A DNA stretch of 64,000 bases, from the NCBI GenBank assembly GCA_050230475.1, contig JBFLGF010000139.1, positions 1 to 64,000 of the forward strand, given 5' to 3'. Source of the DNA: Ancylonema sp. Its lineage: Eukaryota. Position numbers and translations under genes: made by a program. Numbering within the stretch: position 1 is the first letter of the stretch; the number at the start of each line of letters is the position of its first letter. Of this stretch, positions 1 to 12,348 are shown piece by piece. The notes beneath the pieces were generated by a model, which made no database searches, was not told where the DNA came from, and saw only the letters and a list, made by a program, of their open reading frames with translations.

Positions 1-54
1 CCGGTCAAGATATAAATTGTTAACCCCCACGGAAAATCCGTGTGAGCGGGAAAG

Positions 55-153
55 TGGAGGAGACGGGATTCGAACCACCGCCCACGAGTAATCTTGGACA
101 TTCTGCTACGATCGTCGCCGGTCTGTACTTTCAACGACTTCACAACCGGGCCA
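55..153 (-). other. tRNA-derived/Pol III-like sequence (possible SINE head or tRNA pseudogene)
   Basis: The minus strand reads TGGCCCGGTTGTG (A-box-like) ... GGTTCGAATCCC (B box) GTCTCCTCCA. T-stem and acceptor pairing are poor, so this is not a functional tRNA. Confidence 0.35.
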
Positions 154-367
154 TAAAAGGCACAATGTCCAAGACATTGTTAGGGACGCCTTTGCATCCG
201 CCCCTAACACTTAGATAGGAATTAAAAATTTGGAGTTCACATTAATAGTTTATTTAGATTGATTTCATTTTTGTAGTTTGTCTCTTTCACACCCAGTGAT
301 AGATTCACCATCAAAATTGGCCATTTTCGGCTTCGGCTTATGCCATTTCGACTCTTATTCAGCACCG

Positions 368-1591
368 ATGGACGCAAGTAACATGCATACATTTGACACT
401 CAAGTTCTTCGTTTCAAGCTCATTGCCGTGAAAGAATGCATTGCAGACTATTTGGATACAGATTGAGATCCCTTTCTCAACCAACTTCTCCTGTGGCAAA
501 CGCAGTTAAAAGCGGCTCTCTGAGCCAAATACAAGGCGACTCTTGCTGCTGCAGCTTCTTCTAATCTTGATCCTACACTCGTACCAGCAGCTCAATCTGT
601 TCCTACTTATCAGGCTACAAACCTGCCTCCTACCAGTCCTAGCCTGCCGATCTGCGCAGCTAGTGCGACAGCAGATCCTACCCCTTCTGCTGCTACATCG
701 GTCTCCCTGCCAGACTCTACTACAAGCCTGCCTCCCTCCTCTGCTGCCAGTCCATCGACTGCGGTTGTTTTCGCTACATTTCTACCCCTTGCGGCTCTTC
801 AAGCTATTATTCCTGTCCTAGCTGCTAACCTCGCTACCAGCCCTCATGCTACTCCAGCAGTCTGCCAGTTTCCTCCCACAACAATCAGTGATGCAACTCT
901 TCCTGCAGATGTTCCAACTACAGTGGACTGTGTCGCAACCCCGCTCCGGCTCTGCCCCCCGATGCAGCCCAGACAGTTACACACATCCCCGTTTGCAACA
1001 TCTCTTCTCCGACCTGCAGTCATTCCCATTCCCCCCTTTCCCCCCCTCCCTGCTCCCCTTCCTCTCCCCCCCTTTTCCCCCCCGATTCCTCGCAAAGCTG
1101 CTCCCCACATCCGTACCATGGCCCCTCCCACGTACCTTAACTTCCGTACGCTTGCCACCCGGCCTATCGCCACTCTGCAGTCCCAGCTCGGACCGCCACG
1201 CCCGCCCCAACGCGACAAGATGTCAGCTACCGTTCCCGCTGCTTTGCGCGCCGCCGGCTACATAGCAACCAGTACCTGCTGCTCAGCCTGTTCCCCCCAT
1301 CTCCGTGCTGCACGCGACTACCTCGGTGCAAGGCGCATCGACCAAAGCCCCTACCCAGTTCTACTCCATCCCCGAGCATTTCTTAATCCCCACCTATTCC
1401 CATTCCGAGCCCCAATTCCTAGTTTGTACTCCCCGAGGAGTCGAACCTCGACCCCCGTGCCCCTGCACGGCGGCTACCACGGTGGAGTTTTTTCTATCTA
1501 CGTCCCTCCCTACTCTCCCACGTCCCTTTCCCTCACACAGTCGTCTAACTTGACATGCCCGTGCTCTACTACTCGCGCTTCGCGTAATTGA
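368..1591 (+). pseudogene. Degenerate Pro/Ala/Thr/Ser-rich ORF inside the LTR element
   Basis: One reading frame joins track ORFs 278-466 and 923-1591, with only two internal TGA stops (464, 521). It encodes a helical-looking N-terminus followed by a low-complexity PATS-rich region. A homologous peptide occurs at 41450-41713 (-). Confidence 0.55.
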
Positions 1592-1925
1592 AGTCCTCTG
1601 CTAGAACTAGCTAGCTCGTCGCACGTGCGGGATGCAACTCCTAGCCTGTCTTCAAGCAGCCAGCCTGTCTTCCAGCTGCCATCCTTCCGAGGTTTTGCGA
1701 CGAATCCAGGTCCCGGCCTCCAGATTTTGGTTTGTCTCGCTCGACGTGGCCTCATCTCCAACCTTCAATTCCGGGGCCTGCATCCTGGCCGTACTACGAA
1801 TATTCTGGAACCTGGGAATTCGGCAATCGGCTTTTCGCGGTTCGCCAAGTTTTTCCAAACTCTGTCTCCATCTCCGCCGTCCAGTGTGGCTCCGACAACA
1901 TCGCCACGCTCCTCATCTTTCCGAT

Positions 1926-2629
1926 GGGCTTAGCTAGGGCAACGTCCGAGGAGTCTGGGGCAACGTCCCATTTTCAGCGTAGCGAGTTCCTCGTGTTCGA
2001 TCGAAAGTATTGACGATGACCGTAGATACGGCTCGAATTAAACTCGAGTTCCCTGAGCCGTCGGTCTAAATTTGTCGTATTGGCCAGAATCTCGCCCGAA
2101 TTTTGATGTCCCGTCTGGGCAACGTGGCCATCGCAGACACCAGTACCAGGTGTTTAAAATCCCGGTCCACGACCTGTGGATCGCGGTAGCTCTTCCGCGT
2201 GGTGACTGGAAGGTTACGATGGACGGTATGCGGTCCACGTAGGGAAATAGCCCAGATGTCGGTGTAGTCCAGATGTCCGGCGGGAGTTACATGGTGGTTA
2301 GTTTCCCTGCCCCGCTGAATTGATGGCATGACCCTGCTGGTCGTAACCATCCGATAACCACGCGGACGAGCTACCGCGATCTACAGGTCGTGGACCGGGA
2401 TTTTAAACACCTGGTACTGGTGTCTGCGACGGCCACGTTGCCCAGACGGGAACATCAAAGTTTGGGCGAGATTCCGGCCAATACGACAAATTTAGACCGA
2501 CGGCTCAGGGAACTCGAGTTCAATTCGAGCCGTATCTACGGTCATCGTCAATACTTTCGATCGAACACGAGGACTCGCTGAAAATGGGACGTTGCCCTAG
2601 ACTCCTCGGACGTTGCCCTAGCTAAGCCC
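1926..2629. mobile_element. Foldback/MITE-like element with ~290-bp inverted arms
   Basis: 1926-2219 is the near-perfect reverse complement of 2341-2629. The termini are GGGCTTAGCTAGGG...CCCTAGCTAAGCCC, flanked by AT on both sides. Confidence 0.9.
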
Positions 2630-3009
2630 ATTTCAATCTGCCAGCAAGGCGTCACTCTTGGCTCCGTCAGCCGTTATTCTCCACGTGGCGCCATCCTCCC
2701 GAACCCAAGTTTCTGACACATTTGGATCCGACGGTCTCTTCCGCGGGTCCCCGATCTCCAATTTTCAGATCGTCTCCATCCATCCGTCCCTTCACGGGTC
2801 CCCGCTCCCGGTTTCCAAATTGACGGGAGCCCGATATTTTCAGCCCGACCCTGGGCTCATGTATTCCCCTGCCGCGATCCCGGCCCTCATTATTCAGCCT
2901 GGAGCTCAGTCCTCCACCCGGTTCCCTGGGCTCAGTTTTTCTCCAGCTCTGAGCGCAGCCGTCTGCCCTGCTCCTCTTACGCAACCCGCCGCGCCCTAGG
3001 GGGGGGTAC

Positions 3010-3453
3010 TGTTAGGACTGCCCCTTTATAGCCACTAGTGTGTCTGTAGAGTGTGCCTCCTACACCATGCTACTAGCCCTAGAGTGCTAGTAGCGACTTT
3101 GTCCTTATATCGAGTTATGTCCCTTTATAGTGATATATGTGCCCCGAGCGACTTTGTCCCTATATCGAGTGATTGCCCTTAGCTTTCCAGTTTACTCTTA
3201 CATCGAGTTCTAGATATCCCGCTTGCAGTCTTGATTTGGACTTGAGCCGATTTCCCATATATAGTCCATAGGAATGCCTTTAGACCAGTCCCATCAACTC
3301 ATGTACTTGCACTCATTTCGAGTTGTCATTATATCAACATAACCATTCCATCCGGCTCATGCCATCTTGTCCTATCCGGCATTTCGCCATCTTGTTGCTT
3401 GTGTGCATTTCGAAACTAGCTTGCTAGGGACACCTTTGCATCCTCCCCTAACA
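3010..3453 (+). repeat. 3' LTR (444 bp)
   Basis: It has TG...CA termini with a TGTTAGG/CCTAACA inverted repeat, an upstream PPT and a TATA-like TATATA near 3258. It is homologous to 23459-23925 (-). Confidence 0.9.
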
Positions 3454-3999
3454 CTCTGTCTCTATAAAAATCGAACGCACTCCCGCACTCTGCATATGAA
3501 CACCGATACAATACAAACCATTCGACAATATATATTACCAATTGAATAAGCCATACTCAATGCAATCACAATATGACACGTCACCGCTCATGCCAATGCT
3601 TACTCGGTATGAAGTTTGGCGTTATGCGTAATGCATCCTGAAAGCGAAAACATCCGCATATGTAGTCCGGAAGTCCAACAAAGGACGTCGGGCACTCTTG
3701 CTCTTTTCGTACACTACGATGCAATCCACACCCTCCGTCCGATCGTGCGCATCTAGTCCAAGCATATCCTACCCTGAGCCACAATCGCATACAATCACAT
3801 CGGCCAATCATACATTGCCAGCGTGCACTTATAAGACCCCACATTCCGGGAGCCACGCACGACAGCGTTTCGCCGAACTCACGTGCGGATTGAAGTCGGC
3901 CGCCGAGGCTGATCTCACACGTGTTGCTCATAATGATTCTCGACGTAGTGCTCATCATTGTCTTGCCAAATTGTTGACTGCTCCGGTGTCAGTGATACC

Positions 4000-4562
4000 C
4001 AGTGATGCACCGGGACGACAAAAATACTTGCAAACGCTGTATTGCAAACGCGTACGTACGGAATACGTGCGTAAGGCGAAAGTTGCAAACGGCGTTTGCA
4101 AAACGTATGCATTTACAAATGTTTTGTAAACGTTAAAATCTGCAAACGTTTTGCAAACGTCCGGAGCGTATTTCTTTACTTCACCTCTAATACACTTTCG
4201 GTAAGTGAAGTACGAAATTTTGTAACACTCGTCATCATTGGTTCATGACGTTTGCCATTTTTATTTTTTTGTGAAACTTCAAAGATTTAAAAAAACAAAA
4301 ACAAAAACACTATACGCAAAAGTTTGCATCTGTACAATTCTTACACGTTTGCTGCATTTCATGGACGTATTGCGGACGTTTGCAATCGCAAACGTTGGCA
4401 TCCGTACAGTCTGTTCACGTTTGCCGCATTTCACGGACGTATTCCGGACGTTTGTGAGCAAGTCCGTACGACGTTTGCATTTGCCAGAGACGGCAGATCA
4501 CTATCGGCCCCGTGCGAAAAACGTGCCGTACGGAATACGGGCCCCGTCCCGCTGCATCATTG
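4000..4562. mobile_element. hAT-family MITE, copy 1
   Basis: TIRs are CAGTGATGCACCGGGACG / CGTCCCGCTGCATCATTG with an 8-bp TSD GTGATACC/GTGATACT. It has many TTTGCAAACG subterminal motifs. A second copy lies at 19749-20242. Confidence 0.9.
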
Positions 4563-4699
4563 GTGATACTTTGTGGTAGGAGAAGGGATTTTGGTGGTAT
4601 TGGCTGCTCTCACTAAGTATTATTACAAATTTTCAAAGTATTATAAATAAATGATATCAATCGTTTCGAAAATCAAGTGTAACACATTACTTAACGAGC

Positions 4700-7120
4700 C
4701 GATAGCTGCACTTCTTCACTAAAGTCTTCTGAAAACAAAGTAATGTAAACAAAGTAATCTGGTGCAAATTTTTGAGGTTGACAACCGTAAAAGTTATTTT
4801 CGGTGCAAAAATAAAGGGGTAGGTATAATGGTATCCATGGAAAGCGCTAACTCGGTGTGAGCGGTAACGAACAGTTTTAATACAACAATTACTAGCTCGG
4901 TGCGAGCGTCAGAATATCGACATGAGTTCACACACAATTGATTGCTTAGTTAAAGCGTGAGCGCATCGACCGATTACAAAACACACGTGGCTTAGTAGGA
5001 GCGTCAACGAATCGCTGCAAGATACTACAGACAATTTAGAAGCTGGCTCTGTAAAAGTGTCACCAGAATGAACATATTCTCACACATAACAATCACAAAT
5101 TGTAAACAACAGTTTGGTCAATTTACAATATGGTTGACAGGTGTGAGACGAAGACACAACATACGGCCAATTATGGCGTCGGCGGACGGTTGCAAGAATT
5201 CACATGATTGTATTCACTCACAAATTACACAATTATTAAATAGAGTTTTCTTAATAGCGCAATCTGATAGCGGAAGCTGGGAAAATTGAAAGTACGAAGT
5301 CTTTTATCAAAAGTTGATGCGCGGTGCTAACCGACAAAGATAACTAGAGTTAAAGTATCGATTGGCTAGCAAGCCTGACATGCGGTTTGGAGTCAGCTGC
5401 TTTTCATGATGGCTGTTTGTTAGAATAGGATTGTCTCGTTGTAATGGTTGTCTTCTTGTTGTAGATGTCTTGTTGATACTTGTATTTGATGATATGCTTC
5501 TTCGGTGTAGGTCTGAGTTGGTCTTGGTCTTGATGTTGTTCATAGTCTTCTAGAGCTCTAGTACTCTCACTAAATTGGGTTGTTGATTGAGTCTCTGCTA
5601 AGATCTAGGTGTTACGCTAAATCTATTACACTTTCTTGTGCATTAATGTGTGAAACACTACTTGACGCCGAGGGCGGGTCGACAATTACTATCGATTACA
5701 TAAAGTCGGAAAAGAATAACCGATGGTAAACAAAGTATTCTGGTGCAAAACACTAAGATCGACAACCGAAAGGTACTTTCGAGTAGAAAATTCGGCTATC
5801 AAACGGTGCGTTGACATGCAATTGGTGGTTGATGTGATGTGTTGGTTCAGTTAAAATGACAACAATTGCGCGTCTCTATCTTGCTGGCTTGGTATGAGTG
5901 TCAGCAAATCGACGGAAATCGACAAAGTAGTTCCGGCTCAACAAGAGCGTGAGCAAAGTAATACAATGATTTCACTGGCTCAGTAAGAGCGTGAGCACAA
6001 AGATATGACGGTTAGCAAACAAGTTTACAAGCTGGCTCATTAAGAGCGTCAGGGAAACAACACAAGTAGTTACGACAAGTTGCAATTGACACTTCCGTCA
6101 ACTTATAGATTTCGACGACGTCAGTCAAGCGAACAAAGGTAGACAAGCAACGAATGATGGCAAGAATTCGCGTCAGCGAGAAGTTGTTGAATACAAATAA
6201 TACACTTGATGGAACTTTTTTGGAAAGATTTCTGAAAGTTTCTTAACGGCGCAATCTGATAGCGGAAGCTGGCAAATGTTACAACTAAAAGTTTTTATAC
6301 TGCGCGATGCTAATCGGCAGACTAACTAGAGTTAATCGACATGGTTAATCGACATGTTGTACTCTAGAATTTTCTCTTCAATCTTGACGCTTCAAATGTT
6401 GAAGTCAGTTATTATACGGCTGGATTTTATTGCCGGGATAATATCGACAAGTCAGAATTAACATTGTCGATAACAAAGTGCTAAGCGCTGACAATAGACA
6501 CGCAGTCTACATCGACTACATGATATTACACTCGGAAAATACGCCACGCCTTATTTTCGACTTTACAATTTTTGCAAAGTACTGATTCTAAATTTAGACT
6601 GATAATCTCGGTCATATAAATCTCAGTCTCTAACCTTGGTATATCGAACTGCTTATTTATAATAAGGTATTTTGCTAGAGGGGTCTGCATATCAGAATAA
6701 AGGGGTTTCTACTTAACGATCTCTAGTTGTATGACAAGTCAACGGACTAGTTTTTAGAACTTTCAAGTTGTTATTGATGCTACGATGAAAAGCACCAATT
6801 ATTATCTTTGAATCGACGGTTGGATTGATCGCCGGACACATCGACATGTGAAAATTACATTGTCGATCAGACAAACTGACGCGCTAAGCGCCACAAGATC
6901 GACTCGCAACTATTAGTTGAAAATGTTGGATTCTAGACTTTGGAAAAATAAAAACGCCACGTTATTTTCAAGTCGTACACAAATTTTGTACTTCGCACTT
7001 TTCTCAAATAATACTAATTATAAACATCGTTACATCGACTATTCTCGGTATAGAGAAGTAATAATCTATAGGGGTCTTCATCATACAGAGGGGCTTTGCC
7101 TGGGCGATCTATAGCGTCAT
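4700..7120. repeat. Unclassified dispersed repeat with internal duplications
   Basis: A ~990-bp-period duplication is present (e.g. CAAAGTAaTCTGGTGCAAA at ~4750 and ~5731; GCGCAATCTGATAGCGGAAGCTGG at ~5257 and ~6249), plus a ~400-bp duplication at 6380-7110. A reverse-orientation homolog lies at ~38570-38940. Confidence 0.65.
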
Positions 7121-7229
7121 GACACGACGGCCCGACGCTTGCTATATTGAACCGTAATCAAAGGTCAAACGCAAACTATCCCTCGGTAGAAGGTTGCGTT
7201 TTTTGCGTTTTTTCGGCGGTATTTAATAA

Positions 7230-8760
7230 GGTTAAAAATATAGTTAATAGTAAACCCTTCAAAATGTTAATAATTCATGAGATACATCATTCTTCGGTAA
7301 AAAACTAACGCTAATTACAATGGGCGAGTTGAAAATTAGAAAGTATGAACGTTCATCATATTTTATGCTCATGACATTTATCGACATATTAAAAAACGGA
7401 TTGCTTGCATTTTTTTTTTTTTTTTTTTTTAAAGTTGTTTCTTTGGCATGGGTACGAGACACCAACCAATGTAGTTTTAATTGACATTGATTGAGTGTTC
7501 AGTTGTCGTAGACGAGCCGTTCGTTATGAACAAATCTCATACATAATTCATCTCATAATTCATTCAATCTCATTCATTTTTTTTACGATGGCGACCTACG
7601 TGGAAAGGTAACCCGTATGAGATGATTTAATTCGCATTAAAAAAATCAAAGGATATCTCGGCACGTCAACGGAACCCCAACAAACTCCGGGGAGATATAT
7701 TGTGGCATTACATACAATGATTCGCCGTTGAAAATATGAAAGGAGAGCTAACGTCAATCCTTTTACGTATACTTATGGCAAGTCGATGTGACCGTAAATA
7801 TTTTGAAATGCTATGACGAGAATAGCGACGATCGTTACTTGAGAAGAATGACTCGTAAATCGTACGTATATCGTTGTTGCAATTGGGATTCACATGTAAC
7901 CATAAACTATTATTGTTTGTTGCGAAGGCGAGTTAAGTCTCACAATAAGGCTCAAAGATAGTTTTGCATTACAAACATAGAAAATATAGGAAACATGGAA
8001 AATTTTAAAACCCCGAACACATTGGGAACGCAAGTTTTGCTAATAATTGCTATACGTAAGTTCCCAATTCAAATGGATAAACAATGGAGTCAACCTTTTC
8101 ATGTCAACAAACATTCCTCAATATCATACATCAATTCTACTACGGATTTACATAACCATAACTACCTTCTATTGTCAAAAAGCTAGAGTAACTTCTCATC
8201 ACAATTTCAAAGATAGAGTGTCGATAGTGACGGTACATACTTACAATCAAATCAAGGAGGACCGTAGTGTTTCATCCAAACTTCCAAGAGACATGGTTCA
8301 TAGGTCCAGATGACGTTAATGGAACGTCAACAACTGGTAGATAGGAACCAAGATATTAGACGACAGCCGAGCTTTCATGACAAGCCCTCGTGGTCCTTCA
8401 TCCTCGGTTTCTCCCCTATTATACATTACCGGTAGTCTATATAACACTCCCGCCATACACTTACCGCTGCAACTGTACTGCATATGTTTCTATCCGTCAT
8501 ATGTCAATACTGTTCCGATCCCTCTAGAATAGATCCACATCCGCATTTTATTTTCCACACTATATTTTACAAGGCCTAATGACTAATAATTAGTACCTAT
8601 AAATATTATATTAGGGCCTAAAAACGGAGGATTCTATTATTAAACCTAAATATTGGAGCTATTAATTATTGGTTTTTTAGGGGCACGTTTTTCCCGGCCT
8701 ATTATTAAATCTAACTTACAAATATTATTGACTAATAGTTAAGGCTTCCACATTGCTATT
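7230..8760. repeat. AT-rich dispersed repeat, inverted homolog of 25140-26620
   Basis: Blocks such as TTAATAATTCAT..ATACAT (~7267) and CCACACTATATTTT (~8555) recur reverse-complemented at ~26540 and ~25310. Confidence 0.6.
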
Positions 8761-10709
8761 TCTCGCTACCGCAATCGAATGTCGATCGCTCTATCGAACA
8801 ACTAATTATTCGCCGGGCCCCAGCCCGGTGGTGCTTTATCGCGAACAACAAATAACCCAACCACCACCCGCCTACCTCGCTACCGCAGACAGCATGCTAG
8901 TGGCGACAACCGTACCCGGATCAATAACCGGCCAGGACCGTACGGCACACACGTGCCGCAAGTGCGACTCGAATAAGTATGGCAAAATGGATATTGGCTT
9001 GTTTCCCGTCGTAGGCATATGGCACGGGTTTCATAACATTTGGAACTAAAAACTGTCTAAATGAATAACCTCTCTAAGACAATATTTCTTCTCCTCCCCA
9101 GAAATATTTTTTAGAAAGGTTTCGCTGTACATACATTGCCATAAAAACAAGTCGGTTCTTCTCGAAAACAACTATGAAACACATGCATAGTTTTTTTTTC
9201 CACCTCTCCCTCAATTTATCCACATAATCATCTTTGTACTCCTCAACCCACTCTCCAAACTTTTCCCTCTTTCCAAATCCGGTGGCTAATTTTGCATTGG
9301 TAAACGTATATACCAAATTATTCGCCCTTCTAGCTGCTAATATATCCGGGATACGACCCCCCTCATACGACTCTCGTGTAGCATAGGTACATCTAGAAGA
9401 TGCCAATCGGCATGACACAATTAGCCGCCGACTCGTAGACATACACATACACCTACGCTCTCAATGTAGGAGTATACCTTAGGTGTACCTCGTACGGTTA
9501 CGGGTAACCTCGTTCTAGAATAACCGTACCCGTAAGATGAAAAGTTATCGTATGATTTCCCCCCGAACGTATGGGCGCGTACGTAAGCGCTACGTATTTT
9601 AGCCAAATGTATTTACGGCGTGTATCTGTTTTTTGCCGTATGGGTGCAATTATGATCACTCCACATTTTACTTCTAAGTTTCGTAAAACACTCTAAAACG
9701 ACACCCCGATATAACGACATAGAGCCCCATCGATATTTGGTCGTTATACCGAGGATTTACTACATGAGCCCGGAGCCCGTATTGCCAAGTCGGTCTGTGA
9801 AGCATCTTCACCGGCTAAATGTACCGGTAGTGTCTAGGATGTGGGATTTCGCCCGGAATGGTTTATTTTGTTCCCGCATGAGCGCGCATGACCCGTACCT
9901 TGTTTGGAGGCGGACCCCAAACACATTTTTAGGCCGTCAGCTCACTGAGCTCAGATCTTGTGAAATTTAGGGGGTAGGTGGTACACTATTTACTACGTGT
10001 ATGGTCGTTCAATAGATCGCGCCGGAAATCAACAAACTATGCCTTAAAGCGTACAACAACTTTACTCGTTGTCATTTGGTTAGGTGAATGTAGCTTAACA
10101 CTCCAAACCGCATATAAAACACAACGTTTCTCTCAAGGCTTGTTTAACACCCGCACCATCAACAAACTTTCATCGAGTGCATCATTACGAATGCACATAA
10201 TATGTTGCGTCATTTTTCACATGTTGTTGGGTGACCTGCTTTGTACCCCAATAGCGCACGACATTGAAGTCATCCATGCAAAACGCCAACAAACTTACAA
10301 TCTTCTCCCAACTAATATTGTTATCGGTTGTATCTTGAGGAGATCCGTGTTGTCATACCAGATTTGAAAATCGCTTGATTTTCTTATCTCTTTAGAGCTT
10401 ACGAAAATCTAGTAGAACAATGTTTTTAACAGAAGTAAGCACAACTCGAGTGGTTTACTTAGGACTTACTAACATCATGAAAAAGTAGTCCACGCTGGAA
10501 AAGCAAGGGACGAAGGATCTTCACCTTTTTGATTGGCTACTTGCTCTTGCCAAACAATGAAAGCCTATAAGAACATCTTGAGCGAAGTGCTCGTCCACTC
10601 TGTACAACAAACACCCATGATGGCAAGGTAACTGAGGCACCCGATGGTCAATGGGGTGCGGCAGTCTACCTCTCCATGCTTAATAATCAAGTAAATAATT
10701 AACGCTTGC

Positions 10710-11578
10710 TCAATGTACTGCTTTGCTTGTTGACGCTTTCCCCCCACAAGTGGCCTTTGTGTCCCCACAAAGAGACTTCAACTCCCTTCTAAAGAGCAAG
10801 ATATGTGGCTCTGGTCGATGGATCGAATAGTGCTCCCATCCTCTCGATTGTTGCACACCCACATTGCGCCATTCCTTTTCCGTCAACAGTTTTCCCTGTG
10901 GTAGCTGTGAAGCAACGCTAGGGGGGAGCGAAACGTGCCTGGTGACCCAGCACACCCATGAACAATGTTAAGGCGGCTACTCTTTACTTTAGAACGGACA
11001 CCATAAGGTCACGAGCAACAATGCTCTGATTTAAGGATGAGGGGCAACAACACCTGTCCAAATCTGTTTACTGGGCCCTACTGTCCTACACGATTGTCAG
11101 AGATTGCTAACAAACCGTCTTTGGAAAGCAAGGCATCCTCAACGGGAGTAAAACTTTGTTGTTGAATAATAAAAGCAGCTCGGCAAGATACACGTGAAAA
11201 TGATGACGTGCTTAAGAGCACAGGCGAGGTGCGCTGTACTAAACCTTCTGAGACACACGACGACTGTATATGCAGGAAGAAGCGGACCACCATAGCATCT
11301 GAGTCTGAAGCTAGAAAGGTATCTCCTTCCAGATATCAGGGTGTTCATGACGCGATGAGGAACATGCGTCCACAAAAACTGCTTGGATTCTTCGGGATGA
11401 CACGGAAATTATACCTTCTGAGCATCGCTGCCCGAGGCTGTGGTTCCAATATAGTATGTCTCATACAGTTTTTATAAAGGTCATAAAAATCCAGCGGCTC
11501 TAGTAGAACGGTCACGAGGAAGACTCACCGATACTCGAATGTGTCGTCCTCGTATTTTTCCGAATAATGTATCTGCAT
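10710..11578 (-). CDS. CKS1: Cyclin-dependent kinase regulatory subunit CKS
   Basis: Exons 11578-11529 and 10938-10710 are joined by a GT-AG intron in phase 2. The protein is [23 protein letters not shown]...[35 protein letters not shown], the canonical CKS signature. Confidence 0.97.
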
Positions 11579-12348
11579 ACTGAAATTTTCTTGTTCTGCC
11601 CACCGGGAGAGCCAACTCCGTGGAGCCGCTCTAGTTCAAATTTTCCAGATTTAACCGGGGAAAAATATTTCAAAGAAGAGGGGTGCGGGGTTGTTCAGGT
11701 TGCGAAGTGGAAGCACCTGACGTCACAATTAGAAAAATAAGAAAGCAACGTTCAAAACGAATCTCCAGCCCTGTCTCACGTCACCTGCGTACTCAATACT
11801 TCTCCAGGCCCTTCGCGGAGCACTCATGTCAACCATTACAGCACTTTGAACATCAAGCTCAAGAACAGCGCTGCTACCCACAGAGCGTCAATGCAGGCTG
11901 CAATACGAATCTTCCCGCCGGAAGTTTCGCTCCATTTCATTTGCGCCAGGACCCAGCCCACGTGTTTGTCCCAGGCGAACGCCGTTCCAATTGTGCCAAG
12001 TCAATTGTGCGAGTCGTTCTTTATCGCCGTAGAAGAGGTTTCGCTTTATCCAGGTTCCGCGTCGGAACCTCCGACGCGGAATTCAGACTCCGCAGAATAC
12101 GCGATAGGCGTTGAGAGGATCAGCTGTCGAGGCCCACTAGTGATAGCTGTCTACTTCTTGGAAAACGAGCCGACAGCGACCTACACACGCCTCGAATAAA
12201 ATGGCGGGCGCTTCTGCTGCTGTTGATTTTTTGCGCTGCCAGCAAATTGCAGAGACGCATCGAGAAGTGTATCACAAGAGAGATCCTATAACTAAATTGA
12301 AGTGTGCAGGAGAACAGAGAGGACTTTCGACACAATCAGAAATTTTGA

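Larger units (their letters stand above)
178..3453 (+). mobile_element. Non-autonomous LTR retrotransposon (Ty3/chromovirus-related) with collapsed 5' LTR
   Basis: The 3' LTR 3010-3453 (TGTTAGG...CCTAACA) is preceded by a polypurine tract (AGGGGGGGG TAC). Positions 178-209 match the last ~30 bp of that LTR and are followed by CTTAGATAGGAATT, nearly the same PBS as the related LTR at 23459-23925. No RT or integrase motifs are visible inside, and no TSD was found. Confidence 0.8.

Noticed and set aside
1432..1455. GGTTCGACTCC B-box-like motif on the minus strand
   Set aside because: There is no cloverleaf or A box at suitable spacing, and it lies within LTR-element internal sequence.
173..3458. 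Target-site duplication for the 178-3453 element
   Set aside because: The flanks GACAT and CTCTG do not match, so an intact single insertion cannot be claimed.
11683..12199. 143-aa and 117-aa ORFs between CKS1 and the SDR
   Set aside because: They have non-ATG starts, no recognisable motifs and no clear splice partners. More likely promoter/UTR sequence.
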